DNA of 64,000 nucleotides from a virus. Location of the stretch: positions 1 to 64,000 of the IMG/VR virus record IMGVR_UViG_3300015360_000032. One strand, given 5' to 3'. The position numbers and the translations under genes were made by a program. The first letter of the stretch is position 1. Each line of letters starts with the position of its first letter. Positions 8,749 through 18,035 of the stretch are shown piece by piece. Under the pieces are notes generated by a model. That model had not been told where the DNA came from and ran no database searches. It worked only from the letters and a program-made list of their open reading frames with translations.

Positions 8749-10074
8749 TTAAGCCGTCGCGGCTGCGACCCGGCGAGGGGCTGCGGGTGCAACTTTCTTG
8801 CCTGAGACAACCTTGGTTGCGCCAGCCTTCTGCATGGGTGCAGATGCCTTGGTCGCCGGCTTGCCTGCATTGGCGCTTGCCCATTCGTTGATAATCTGCG
8901 CTGCCGCCTGATCGATCGTCTTGAGGCCCAGTTGCTCCCTCGCCGTCTCCAGAATCGCATTGATCGAGTTGCCTTCCTCTTCGAGGAACCGCAGCTTGAT
9001 CGTGCGCTTGACGACAGGCGTGCCCTTGGTGCCGCCGACATACGACATTTCCTTGATGGTCTCGGACAGGTCGGAAACCGTGTTGTTGTTCGCAAGCTCG
9101 ATCAGTTCATCGGGCTTCGAATCATCCTCCAACATCAGCGGCGCAATCGTCTTGGCCTTCGTCCAGCCCATCTTGGCAACAGCTTCTGCCGCGTTGGTGA
9201 TGCCGGCCTTCGTGAACGAGACGTAAATCTTGATCAGGTACATCGCCTTGCGATACTCGATCTGGAAGTAGTCATTCAAGAATGCTTCGAAGCCAGGGAC
9301 CATCCGCCCGTCAACCTTGGTCGGCTCCTTGTACTTTGCGCCATCATCCAAATCGAGGTAGGGCTTTTCCTTGCGGACGTGGTAAAGGATGCCGCCGAGT
9401 TGCCAGTCGGTCGTGACCGATTGCGCTTCCAGTTGTTGGGCAACGCTGATAAGGTCGTCGGTGTCCTTGATAAGGGCCAGGACTTCTTCGTCTTCGTTCT
9501 CCAATTCCATGTCGAGCGGATCAGGCGCAACGTCCTTCGGCGGCTTGACCGCTTTCGGGGGCTTGACCTTCGGGGTCTTCGCCGCAGCCTTGGCCTTGGC
9601 CGGTGCTGCCTTGGCGGGAGCAGCCTTGGCGGGAGCAGCCTTGGCCTTGGCCGGTGCTGCCTTGCCCTTGGCCTTGACGGGTTCCGGTGCAGCCTCCTCT
9701 TCCTCTTCCGCGTCGGCGTCTTCAGCGTCCTGGTCTTCGTCGCCCTCTTCAACGGCTTCGATTTCCGTGTCGAACACTTGAACTTCCAGAGTCTTCGGAT
9801 TGGTTTCCGGATTCTCCTTCTTCTTCGCGTTGAATTCCGGGTTCGGGTACGACAGGATCGGGTCGCCACCGGCGCTATCGCCCTCGGCTTCCGTGAACCC
9901 AACAATTTCGTACGACTCGCCGGCCGTCAGGACCTGCTCATCATCCGGGGTATCGGGAGCGTACCCGAGAAATGCGACCGTCTGGCCGACTTCGAACTCT
10001 GCTGCTACCGCTTCCACGGTGGCGGTAGCTTGTTTCGCTGCGGGCTTTGCCGCTGCCTTTGACTTGGTAACCAT
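8749..10074 (-). CDS. Putative DNA-binding protein: acidic N-domain, histone-H1-like AKAAP linker, DUF3102/ParB-type helical HTH region, RHH-like C-end
   Basis: WQLGGILYHVR...FEAFLNDYFQIEYRKAMYLIKIY...MGWTKAK pattern; PAKAA repeats at about 9586-9677. Confidence 0.6.
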   Translation of the reverse strand: MVTKSKAAAKPAAKQATATVEAVAAEFEVGQTVAFLGYAPDTPDDEQVLTAGESYEIVGFTEAEGDSAGGDPILSYPNPEFNAKKKENPETNPKTLEVQVFDTEIEAVEEGDEDQDAEDADAEEEEEAAPEPVKAKGKAAPAKAKAAPAKAAPAKAAPAKAKAAAKTPKVKPPKAVKPPKDVAPDPLDMELENEDEEVLALIKDTDDLISVAQQLEAQSVTTDWQLGGILYHVRKEKPYLDLDDGAKYKEPTKVDGRMVPGFEAFLNDYFQIEYRKAMYLIKIYVSFTKAGITNAAEAVAKMGWTKAKTIAPLMLEDDSKPDELIELANNNTVSDLSETIKEMSYVGGTKGTPVVKRTIKLRFLEEEGNSINAILETAREQLGLKTIDQAAAQIINEWASANAGKPATKASAPMQKAGATKVVSGKKVAPAAPRRVAAATA

Positions 10075-10124
10075 GATGTCTTCAACCTTTCGGGTGTGGT
10101 GTTAAACCGGGATGGGGAACGCGA

Positions 10125-10153
10125 ATGATAACCAAAATGCTCCCGGTACGCAA
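10125..10153 (-). promoter_or_regulatory. sigma70-like promoter TTGCGT-N17-TATCAT for the 441-aa gene
   Basis: Read directly in the intergenic gap. Confidence 0.55.
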
Positions 10154-10159
10154 CTTCAG

Positions 10160-10765
10160 CTATCTGGGATTTGAAATCAATTGCAACTTGCCTTTGGTAA
10201 TCGGGGTCTGTCGAAGTGCCTCCAACCGATCCGATTTTCCTGCCTTTTCCGTGGGATTTCTAGCGCCACATTTCATTTCCCCTAGCAACATTAAACCAAT
10301 AGCATCTGCTTCGTCATGTTGATTTACGGTGATGCCGAATCGTACTTGCAGGGCTGTAGCAATTCCACGCTTTTCTGCCCGGCCATTGAGTGCGATAACC
10401 GACTTCATCATGGTAGGTGCTATTTCAATATAGTCAATACCCTGCTCCCATAACATCGTTTTCAGGACGCCTCCAAGCTCGCCTAGATGGAAGACATTGT
10501 TGTTCATCTTCCCCCCTGCCCCCATAGCATAGTCCTCATACACAACGAGGGTCGGCTTGGCTGCTTCGATAACCTTAGAAAGCATAAGCCTAATGTAGTA
10601 GAGCCGGTGCGGCCCCCTAAGAGGAGATGTCGTGATCGTGCCAGAGACTACCCTGTCTCCGTGTAGGTAAGCATAACCTGTGCTGCTAAGCGACGGGTCG
10701 ATGCCCAGTATTCTAGGGCGCGCGACGGAGGGCAGAGGAGATGCTGATCTTCTTAGGAGCTTCAT
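10160..10765 (-). CDS. ruvC: RuvC-like Holliday junction resolvase
   Basis: ILGIDPSLSSTG, VVYEDY, ELGGV and DEADAIGL motifs. Confidence 0.85.
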   Translation of the reverse strand: MKLLRRSASPLPSVARPRILGIDPSLSSTGYAYLHGDRVVSGTITTSPLRGPHRLYYIRLMLSKVIEAAKPTLVVYEDYAMGAGGKMNNNVFHLGELGGVLKTMLWEQGIDYIEIAPTMMKSVIALNGRAEKRGIATALQVRFGITVNQHDEADAIGLMLLGEMKCGARNPTEKAGKSDRLEALRQTPITKGKLQLISNPR

Positions 10766-11702
10766 TATTGGTCCCGAAACATGTTGCGCAAACTTCGCAG
10801 TTCTTTGCCTGTGTGACTTGCGCGCTAGCGCAGATACGGGGCGGCAAATTGCCCCCTTCTCGCGCCTGCTTGATCGCTAGGGCATCGGCATAGAGAGGAG
10901 CCAGCCTAGCTACCTCTTCCGGCGCATTCAGCGTAAATTCCTTGACCGGCGAGCCGCTATAGAGCCATCCCCGAGTGATGTAGAGGATTGATATCCGGTC
11001 GGTGAGTCGGTAGCCCTGGCGGTGCAACAGGTCCCAGTAAAAGAGAGTCTGGATTACATGCTCTGGTTTGGGCCTGACTAACTCTTTCCAAGCGTCGTGT
11101 GAAATTGATTTCAATTCGTTGACGTGCAGAGCTTGAAGATCAATCTCGTACGTGATCAGGTCAGGGTTACCGACTACCTTGTGAACGTCATCGCGCACAG
11201 AGAACTCGCGGTAGAAGCACTTGGGGGTGTGGCAGTTGCTACAGAGCTTGGCCTGATCCACCTGTGACAGCAAGGTAGGAACGGAAGTCTTCTGTGTCTT
11301 GCACTGGCATTGCCATAGACCCCACACTCTTTCTGGGTGTGCGGAGGACGCGCGGCGCTTGACCACATCATGAACGACATCCCCCTGCGCAAAAGTAAGT
11401 TCATCAAAGAAGCTCACGCCTTGGGGCTTCGTGGACATGCCAAGCTGCTCGATCAACGCAACCTTGCGTACGCATCTGCCGATCAGGTCTGACACATGCA
11501 TGTAGTCATTGGTGCGCGGTGGCCTTCCCCGCGTGCGGCTCTTACTGAGAATGCCTGACAGCGGTAAGGCTTCCTTGTCCAGCTTGGCAACCGTCCCGTC
11601 TTGAAGAATCTCGCCACTCACCATGCCGGGGTTGACCACCTCACGCTTGATGGTAAGCGCGCCCAACCTACCGGCGAGGGATCGTCGGGTTACCGATGGC
11701 AT
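10713..11702 (-). CDS. PD-(D/E)XK (Cas4-like) exonuclease
   Basis: HVSDL..C, GDVVHD, GNPD...NELKS, QTLFY and C-terminal Cys cluster. Confidence 0.75.
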   Translation of the reverse strand: MPSVTRRSLAGRLGALTIKREVVNPGMVSGEILQDGTVAKLDKEALPLSGILSKSRTRGRPPRTNDYMHVSDLIGRCVRKVALIEQLGMSTKPQGVSFFDELTFAQGDVVHDVVKRRASSAHPERVWGLWQCQCKTQKTSVPTLLSQVDQAKLCSNCHTPKCFYREFSVRDDVHKVVGNPDLITYEIDLQALHVNELKSISHDAWKELVRPKPEHVIQTLFYWDLLHRQGYRLTDRISILYITRGWLYSGSPVKEFTLNAPEEVARLAPLYADALAIKQAREGGNLPPRICASAQVTQAKNCEVCATCFGTNNEAPKKISISSALRRAP

Positions 11703-12076
11703 AGCTGATCCAAGATGTAGCTCGGGACTATCGCAAGCTCTGCGACTTTCTTTCCCGCGCCGTCGTTGAACTCCACGAGGATGATGGGCATTTCGCCGTA
11801 GGGCAGTGCAGCCTCCTCGATCCTCCTCACCATGTCCAGGGTGACAGAGAACGAGCTATGCTTCGTGGTCTTGCACTCGATGCGGCACACGCCAGTCTTG
11901 CGGACATCCCCCTTGATATCCTTCGCGCCAGAGGCCGGGGTAAGGCTACCCCGTACACGCTTGGCCGCTTCCCTCTCCTGCTCGCGCGCCCGTAGGTGCG
12001 ACGGGGAAGGCTTAGGCTTGGGGGCTTTCTTGCCGCGAGGCTCCCTGCCTAGGGCAATAAACAGTTGATTAGCCAA
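11690..12076 (-). CDS. Small PD-(D/E)XK nuclease / resolvase-like protein (start uncertain; ORF extends to 12157)
   Basis: EREAA...TPASGA..KGDV....IECKTT motif. Confidence 0.7.
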   Translation of the reverse strand: MANQLFIALGREPRGKKAPKPKPSPSHLRAREQEREAAKRVRGSLTPASGAKDIKGDVRKTGVCRIECKTTKHSSFSVTLDMVRRIEEAALPYGEMPIILVEFNDGAGKKVAELAIVPSYILDQLCHR

Positions 12077-12287
12077 GGGATGTACTCGGTTTATTGGGTG
12101 CGTACCCGGGATAGTTGGGCGGAGGAATTTGGGGCAAGTCAGTCGCCCCCACCTCAATCAATTCTTTGCGAAGCTGACAAAGCTGATTGTAGACCGTGGA
12201 GGGGTAGAGCGATCCGATCAACTCGAAATACAGGTTGTACTTGGCGTCGAATTCAGCCCTCAGCCTCATTCGCTCTACACGAATCAT
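12069..12287 (-). CDS. Hypothetical protein
   Basis: ORF with RBS between recA and the nuclease. Confidence 0.5.
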   Translation of the reverse strand: MIRVERMRLRAEFDAKYNLYFELIGSLYPSTVYNQLCQLRKELIEVGATDLPQIPPPNYPGYAPNKPSTSLG

Positions 12288-12309
12288 GTCCCGCCCCTTG
12301 AAATCAATT

Positions 12310-13437
12310 TCAATTGCCCAGGAGGTACTGAATGAACTCCTCTGGCATCTTCTGCTGCAAGGCGTTCTGCACTATGAGTTGGATGCGAAGGCTCTCGTAG
12401 ACTTCCTTGTTCTCGTAGAGAAACCTAGCAGCGTGCGCGGCGGAATCAAACCTCTGCTCAAAGTCAGGGAAGGCCAACGATATCCCGCGACGGGCATCCC
12501 CCTCGTACCATCCATACTTGGCAGCAAAGGCCAGCATCGTGGGCGCGTCATCGACGTTGCCCTCTTGCAGTCCGATAGATGGGTCATCACGACGGACAAG
12601 GCGGAATTCACCCGAGCGCATGCCAGCGTTCATCTTGTTCTTCTCGATGGTGAACGCATGCTCATTGAAGGACAGCGTTTCAATACCGTACTCGTCAGCC
12701 TTGATCGTCTCTTTGTTCTTGATGCGTGCCTCTAGCGAGGTGAAGAACCCAAGTGCCTTGCCCCCGGGCAGACTAAGTGGCTCTCCACTAGGGCTCCATC
12801 CACCGATCTTGGATCGTTGCTGGTTGGAAAAGATGATCGAGACAAAGTGATCGCGCTTGCGTTCAGTGATCAGGGCCGCGCTCATCTTGCGCAACATGCT
12901 GGTGATCAGGCGGGATTGTTGTCCCACTAGACTGTCTTCGGCAGACGCTTCCTCCTCCTTCATGGGCAGCAAGGCAGCGAGGGAGTCGATAGCCAGTAGG
13001 GATGTCTCTTTGGCGTGGATCAGGGCAACGGCAATGTCTACGGCCTGTTCGCCTGTGTCCGGGTGAATCAACACCAAGTCATCGTTGTTGACATCCTGCT
13101 TCGCACTCCACGTTTTGTCGTAGGTTCCTTCAACGTCAATGAGTGCCGCCTTTTGTCCCGGCATGGTCATCTGTGCCCCTGCAATGGCCCGGAGCATCAT
13201 AGTCGTCTTGCCGCTGTGCTTGGGGCCGTGAACCATCGTCATCCGGTTGTGGGGTATCCCACCAAGGGTTGCGTAGTCGAATGTGAAAACTCCCGTGCGT
13301 ATCCGAAAGGGCTGGTGAACGTCAGTACCGTTGACTGCGGTACGGTTGCCATAGTTCTTTCTGATAGCGGCGAGGGTCTTCACTAGCTCGTCAGTGAGGA
13401 CAACTTCCTTGGCTTTAGTGCGGCGAATAGCGACCAT
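12310..13437 (-). CDS. recA: RecA-family recombinase
   Basis: GGIP, GPKHSGKTT, IDVEG, AIDSLAAL, NQQRSKIG and PGGKALGF motifs. Confidence 0.93.
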   Translation of the reverse strand: MVAIRRTKAKEVVLTDELVKTLAAIRKNYGNRTAVNGTDVHQPFRIRTGVFTFDYATLGGIPHNRMTMVHGPKHSGKTTMMLRAIAGAQMTMPGQKAALIDVEGTYDKTWSAKQDVNNDDLVLIHPDTGEQAVDIAVALIHAKETSLLAIDSLAALLPMKEEEASAEDSLVGQQSRLITSMLRKMSAALITERKRDHFVSIIFSNQQRSKIGGWSPSGEPLSLPGGKALGFFTSLEARIKNKETIKADEYGIETLSFNEHAFTIEKNKMNAGMRSGEFRLVRRDDPSIGLQEGNVDDAPTMLAFAAKYGWYEGDARRGISLAFPDFEQRFDSAAHAARFLYENKEVYESLRIQLIVQNALQQKMPEEFIQYLLGN

Positions 13438-13440
13438 GAT

Positions 13441-13842
13441 TTATTTCTTTGACTTCCGTGTTTGTACGTTGCCAGTACCTAGCCAAGCAGTTTGCTCTTC
13501 CGCGATCTTGTCAGCGACAAAGTCAGAGGCAATGATGTACGCCTCCTCGATTGAGTCGCGCTTGCACGGGATGCTGACAGAGCAATCAATCCGCAGGGAT
13601 TCGAAGTTGCCTTGATTGATGGTGAGCCCGCCACCGACTCTGACATACGCAGGCGGATCGGACTCATCGAACATCTCACGAAGAACTTCCACTTCGCGGG
13701 TATCCTCGTGATACGGGCCTTGCCTGTCGGTCGTCTTGGTGGCAACGAACCCGGTGCCTCGGGCCTCAACCCTACGGGGGGGAGGGGAGGACGCCCGCGC
13801 GGCGGCAGTATCGGGTCTCACCCGACGTGTTACGGTAGACAT
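13441..13842 (-). CDS. Hypothetical phage protein
   Basis: TINQGNFESLRID pattern seen in phage replication modules. Confidence 0.65.
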   Translation of the reverse strand: MSTVTRRVRPDTAAARASSPPPRRVEARGTGFVATKTTDRQGPYHEDTREVEVLREMFDESDPPAYVRVGGGLTINQGNFESLRIDCSVSIPCKRDSIEEAYIIASDFVADKIAEEQTAWLGTGNVQTRKSKK

Positions 13843-13856
13843 GGAATCTCCTGTTT

Positions 13857-14399
13857 TTAGATATGCTGCGCGCGGTAGGCATGCACGGCTTGGTGCAGAT
13901 GCTCAACGACGTGCCGGTTTTCTGCGGTGAGGTATAGAAAATCTCTCTCATGTTGGCCGATGATTCTAGCCATAACTTCTAGCTCCCCCGCGCTGTAGAC
14001 ACGGAGTTCTTTGTGCGTGTCTGTCAGGTATGGTCGGGGAATTCTGTCTGACTCTATCCAGCGGCGGATGGTTGATACGCTTCGTCCTAGTGCCTCTGCT
14101 GCCTGGGGGATGGTGAACGATTCTACTGCGGAAGGGTGATCCATGTCCCCGGCCAGAACCTCTCTTACCTCGCCCTTCGTGAGGAGGCCATTGGAGAGGC
14201 GCGGCGGCGGTCGGTTCCCCGCATGGTATCGCTCGCGCGACGAAGCCCGTGCCGCATCTGCTGCTCCCGCGTCTGAAGCGTATTTAGCCCGTCTCTGTTG
14301 GTTTCTATCGGCATAGATTTGAGGCGTTTCACTTCCTCTAGAGCTTCGCTCCTTAGGGCCATGGCGTGACATTTTGTCTTTCCTTTTTCGAGGGACCAC
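13857..14399 (-). CDS. MerR/excisionase-type HTH protein
   Basis: FTIPQAAEALGRSVSTIRRWIESDRIPRP. Confidence 0.7.
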   Translation of the reverse strand: MVPRKRKDKMSRHGPKERSSRGSETPQIYADRNQQRRAKYASDAGAADAARASSRERYHAGNRPPPRLSNGLLTKGEVREVLAGDMDHPSAVESFTIPQAAEALGRSVSTIRRWIESDRIPRPYLTDTHKELRVYSAGELEVMARIIGQHERDFLYLTAENRHVVEHLHQAVHAYRAQHI

Positions 14400-15826
14400 T
14401 TACTGACTACGGCTTTGTTCTTCACGTAGTCTGGAATTCTTTGCGCGAGGGAGAACATTGATCGGTAGCTGGCGGTGTCGCAAGTCGTAATCCATATTGG
14501 CGTTTGCTTCCCGTCACTCTTACGCAAAATTCTTCCGTTAATCTGTTCGGCTGTAGACCGGGGCGAAGCGTCCATTCCGCCGCTCAGTCGCGGCTCATCA
14601 ACACCCTTGGCGAACTTCCCATACGTCGCAAAGATAATTCTTGCAGTTGTCTTGATCCTCTCAAGGTCTTGTTTTCTTTTTCGTTTTGAAATCAATGTCA
14701 AACTTATCGGCGTGTACTCGGTCCCCCTCTCGTACCCCTCTGGTCTTCTCACCGGCTTAGCATCCTTGTCGTACCCGTAGGCCATGCCGTACCCGGCATA
14801 GACGCCCATCGCGTCTGGGGGAATGCCAAGATAAAAGCAAAGACTTTGCAGATGCTCTAGCTGTTCGATTCTGTCGCTAAGAACTAGCACATCCCTTCCG
14901 GTGTCATACAGGTACGCTGCTGCTTCCGCCAACATCAAGTTGCGAGACCCATCTTCGGTTACCTCATTTATGAAGCGACCGATCTTCGGAGCCTTGTTTG
15001 CGTACGCAGAGTATACCGTGGGGTTCTGCATCACGTAAACCGCAGAGGGGTCGTGTTCGTCCTCTACGTACACCCTAACTTCACCAAGGTTGTAGTCGAG
15101 AAGCTTCTGCAAACCATCCCGCCTTTTCGGGGTAGCGGAAACGCCAAAACGATACGTCGCGGGAAACTTCAGGAGGACTTTGTGAAACGTCGGGGCACCA
15201 ATGATGTGTACCTCATCGACAATAACCAGCCCGAAGTACGCATACACAGCGGACGGCAATAGCCTCTGGCTCAGTGTCTGCACCATCGCAATCGTTACAG
15301 CCTTGCCCTCGTAGCTGCACTTGTTGCCCTGGATGATCCCGATGTCTTCCTTCGCAAAACCGAAGTGGTCTTGCAGCGACTTTACCCACTGATCCTTCAG
15401 GTTCTCCTGATCGACAAGGATCACCGTAGATACTTTCAGCCGCGCGGCGATGATAAGGGCACCAATAGTCTTACCCCATCCGGTACGAGCGCGGGCAATG
15501 AAGTCGTAATAGGTTTGAGTGCCCTGGTAAATTTCCGCCAGCGGCTCTACTTGGTAGGCACGGGGCTCCGGTACTCGGGGGAACGTAGCTCTCTTGCCGC
15601 CCGATGTCTTGTCCTCGTACGGAATTTCCAGGGCGTTGCAAAGGTCTATGCCGTACTGCCTCGGGACAAGGATCGTGCCCTGCTTTGTGATGACGTACGC
15701 CTTCACTTCTACGGATTCTTCCGCCCCCATAGGCCGGTAGGCCACAGTAAGCTCTTTGCGTACTGTGTTGAAGTCTACCGAGCCTATGGGAATTTCCATG
15801 GCCCCGCGAAGGATTGCGGGGGCCAT
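14165..15826 (-). CDS. Superfamily 2 DNA helicase
   Basis: ARTGWGKT, IVDEVH, SATP, KGVDEP and QINGRILR motifs. Confidence 0.9.
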   Translation of the reverse strand: MAPAILRGAMEIPIGSVDFNTVRKELTVAYRPMGAEESVEVKAYVITKQGTILVPRQYGIDLCNALEIPYEDKTSGGKRATFPRVPEPRAYQVEPLAEIYQGTQTYYDFIARARTGWGKTIGALIIAARLKVSTVILVDQENLKDQWVKSLQDHFGFAKEDIGIIQGNKCSYEGKAVTIAMVQTLSQRLLPSAVYAYFGLVIVDEVHIIGAPTFHKVLLKFPATYRFGVSATPKRRDGLQKLLDYNLGEVRVYVEDEHDPSAVYVMQNPTVYSAYANKAPKIGRFINEVTEDGSRNLMLAEAAAYLYDTGRDVLVLSDRIEQLEHLQSLCFYLGIPPDAMGVYAGYGMAYGYDKDAKPVRRPEGYERGTEYTPISLTLISKRKRKQDLERIKTTARIIFATYGKFAKGVDEPRLSGGMDASPRSTAEQINGRILRKSDGKQTPIWITTCDTASYRSMFSLAQRIPDYVKNKAVVSKWSLEKGKTKCHAMALRSEALEEVKRLKSMPIETNRDGLNTLQTREQQMRHGLRRASDTMRGTDRRRASPMASSRRAR

Positions 15827-15829
15827 GGG

Positions 15830-17047
15830 TTACCTGCGAAGCATTCTGCGCTTCTCTGCAAGGCTGGATGCATCCCGGCGCGGCGCAGCCTCTTCCGCAT
15901 CCGCATCCCCGGCGTCATCCGCTTCTTCCGGGTCGGGTCGTGCTGCCCGTGTCGTGTTCCGGGCAGGAGTAGCAGCGGCGCGTGCTGCCCCGGTACGGGT
16001 AGCCCGGGGCGGTGGCTCTGGCAAATCATCCTCTTCGTTCGGATCATCAACCACGGGAGCAGCGCGTCGAGTGGTGGCCGGGGTGGCGGCTCGGGCAGTA
16101 GGCGCGTGGCGGCGGGTAGCACGCGGGGCCTCTTCTCCTGCCTCCTCTGCCTCTTCCGCATCTTCCTCTGGCGGTGCAACGCTGCGCCCCCTTGTGGCAG
16201 CTACTGCCGTACGGGCTCTCCGGGGCGGTGCCCCATCCGCTGTGTCGTCGTCAAACTCATCACGACTGCGGCCGGCAGGCGCTCTGCGGGCGGGTAGTCT
16301 GGCATCGTCTTCCCGGGACCCCGGCTCTGCCTTGCCGCCGACAATCGCGCGCAGTTGTTGCTCGGTCGGTCGCGGGAAGAGAGCGCCATAGTCGAACACT
16401 TCATGCCCAATGATCGGGTGCTTTTTCTTGTTTTGATCGACGTACTCCGTCTCGTAGGTGAGCAGTTCGTCTTCCTCCATGAAGTCAACGAATTCAATGT
16501 CGTTGCCGATGCCGGAGTCCTTCTCGCCGTCACGAGTCATGTCCAGAATCATCCCTCGCAGAGTGCCGTGCTTCTCGTGGAAGCGAGTGAATTTCTTTTG
16601 CTGCGAAGTCTTAACGACAAGAAGCTTTTTGCTCCAAGGGACGGAGACACCATCCCGGGTCTCGTACGGAGTCAAGTCGAGGCAAGTCAGGAACATGCCG
16701 AAGTAACTGGGCCTGTCCGTAACTTTGCAGACGGGGCAGTTGGCATTCTCATTGATGCACTCGGAGAAGACATCCCACCTGTTGGTGCGACTATTCTTCA
16801 TGCAATGCTCATGCCGGAAGAAGTCCGGAATCTCATCCACGATGGCGATCTGTTTGGTCTCTCCCTCGGGGCAGAAGAATCTGAACGGCATGTTCAGGTT
16901 CTGTGCTTGGGCTTCCTTGCGGGCAACGGCACGTTGCTCCTCAATCTCCATCATTCGCCTTCCTTCGGCTCCACGATAGCCGCCTGATTCGGGGGCTACA
17001 TTGGTGGCGCGGGCGCGGGGTACAACTCTACGTGTAGGCGGGGCCAT
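15830..17047 (-). CDS. Probable ssDNA-binding protein with long disordered C-terminal tail
   Basis: H...C...CPVC Zn site and gp32-like layout; position in the replication module. Confidence 0.6.
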   Translation of the reverse strand: MAPPTRRVVPRARATNVAPESGGYRGAEGRRMMEIEEQRAVARKEAQAQNLNMPFRFFCPEGETKQIAIVDEIPDFFRHEHCMKNSRTNRWDVFSECINENANCPVCKVTDRPSYFGMFLTCLDLTPYETRDGVSVPWSKKLLVVKTSQQKKFTRFHEKHGTLRGMILDMTRDGEKDSGIGNDIEFVDFMEEDELLTYETEYVDQNKKKHPIIGHEVFDYGALFPRPTEQQLRAIVGGKAEPGSREDDARLPARRAPAGRSRDEFDDDTADGAPPRRARTAVAATRGRSVAPPEEDAEEAEEAGEEAPRATRRHAPTARAATPATTRRAAPVVDDPNEEDDLPEPPPRATRTGAARAAATPARNTTRAARPDPEEADDAGDADAEEAAPRRDASSLAEKRRMLRR

Positions 17048-17052
17048 GGTGT

Positions 17053-17661
17053 TTACTTTCCTGAAAACAGTTGGTGGATGCGGTTCATTAGTTCTTTTGC
17101 CAGTCGGGCTGACATACCTGCCAACACTAGGTCAGCGGTTCTCACTGCTTCGTCTAATCTCACTAGACAACTTCCCTTTCCGATTACGGAAACCATCACC
17201 GTCTTACGTGGTAATCCAAGATGGGTCCCGGGGGTTAGGACAATCAGTCGTCGTTCGCTTGTGCGGCGCGACTTCTTAGGTGCTACTTTCGGTGGAGGTT
17301 CCATCCACAGTTTAACGATTTTCTCATGGGTCAATGGGGCTAACGTTTGCAATAGCAAATCTACATTTGCATCAAGAGGAAGCTCTTTCCTCTGCGCACC
17401 ATTGTAAGCAAAGCCCTTAAACAATGCAAGCTTTTTGTTTGCAGTGGCGTGGCGAAAGTAGTGCATGAATCCGCCGACTACCCGCTGGACTTTGCCTTCA
17501 TATACCAGGGCCTCTAACCGCGCGTAGACCTCCCTTCTCGGTAGGCGCATGCGCGCTTGCCGATTGAAGATTTGGTTAGCCGATAGCGGCGTCTCACCGG
17601 CCCCTGGAATCGCGTCTAGGAAATGGCGAAGCTGCTCCGGGTGCGGAGCGTAGGCATGCAT
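17053..17661 (-). CDS. Hypothetical protein (possible winged helix)
   Basis: LSANQIF...REVYARLEALVYEGKV. Confidence 0.5.
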   Translation of the reverse strand: MHAYAPHPEQLRHFLDAIPGAGETPLSANQIFNRQARMRLPRREVYARLEALVYEGKVQRVVGGFMHYFRHATANKKLALFKGFAYNGAQRKELPLDANVDLLLQTLAPLTHEKIVKLWMEPPPKVAPKKSRRTSERRLIVLTPGTHLGLPRKTVMVSVIGKGSCLVRLDEAVRTADLVLAGMSARLAKELMNRIHQLFSGK

Positions 17662-17673
17662 TTGAACTTGATT

Positions 17674-18021
17674 TCAAAGTCCAAGGTCCGCTAGGTACTC
17701 AGCGGCGAAGAGCATGAAGAAGGGATCGTAGGGGTTTTCGTAGGTTGCACAAAGCATCGTGCAAACAGTCGTGCCTGCCTGTAGGAAGACATATTTCTCG
17801 TGGGACCAGTCGAGATAGCCCTGGCGATACTCATCGGTCGCGGCTTCAATCAACACGGAGCTTATCGGCCCGTACTCTAGATGCTTATCCCCTGCCGCAA
17901 TACGAAAGGGCACTCGTCCCGGGTTGATCGGGCAGTAGTCTACCCAGAGGTTGCCGCTTTGGTTGAAGTATTCAGCCTTTGCCCCGCGCGCTATGGCAAA
18001 CTTAACTCGATCTATCATCAT
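17674..18021 (-). CDS. Hypothetical protein
   Basis: ORF with RBS. Confidence 0.55.
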   Translation of the reverse strand: MMIDRVKFAIARGAKAEYFNQSGNLWVDYCPINPGRVPFRIAAGDKHLEYGPISSVLIEAATDEYRQGYLDWSHEKYVFLQAGTTVCTMLCATYENPYDPFFMLFAAEYLADLGL

Positions 18022-18035
18022 GGTGTTTCCCCCTT

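Noticed and set aside
8658-9095. N-terminal extension of the 377-aa ParB ORF
   Set aside because: It overlaps the 441-aa gene in another frame and crosses a terminator; ATG 8657 has a plausible RBS.
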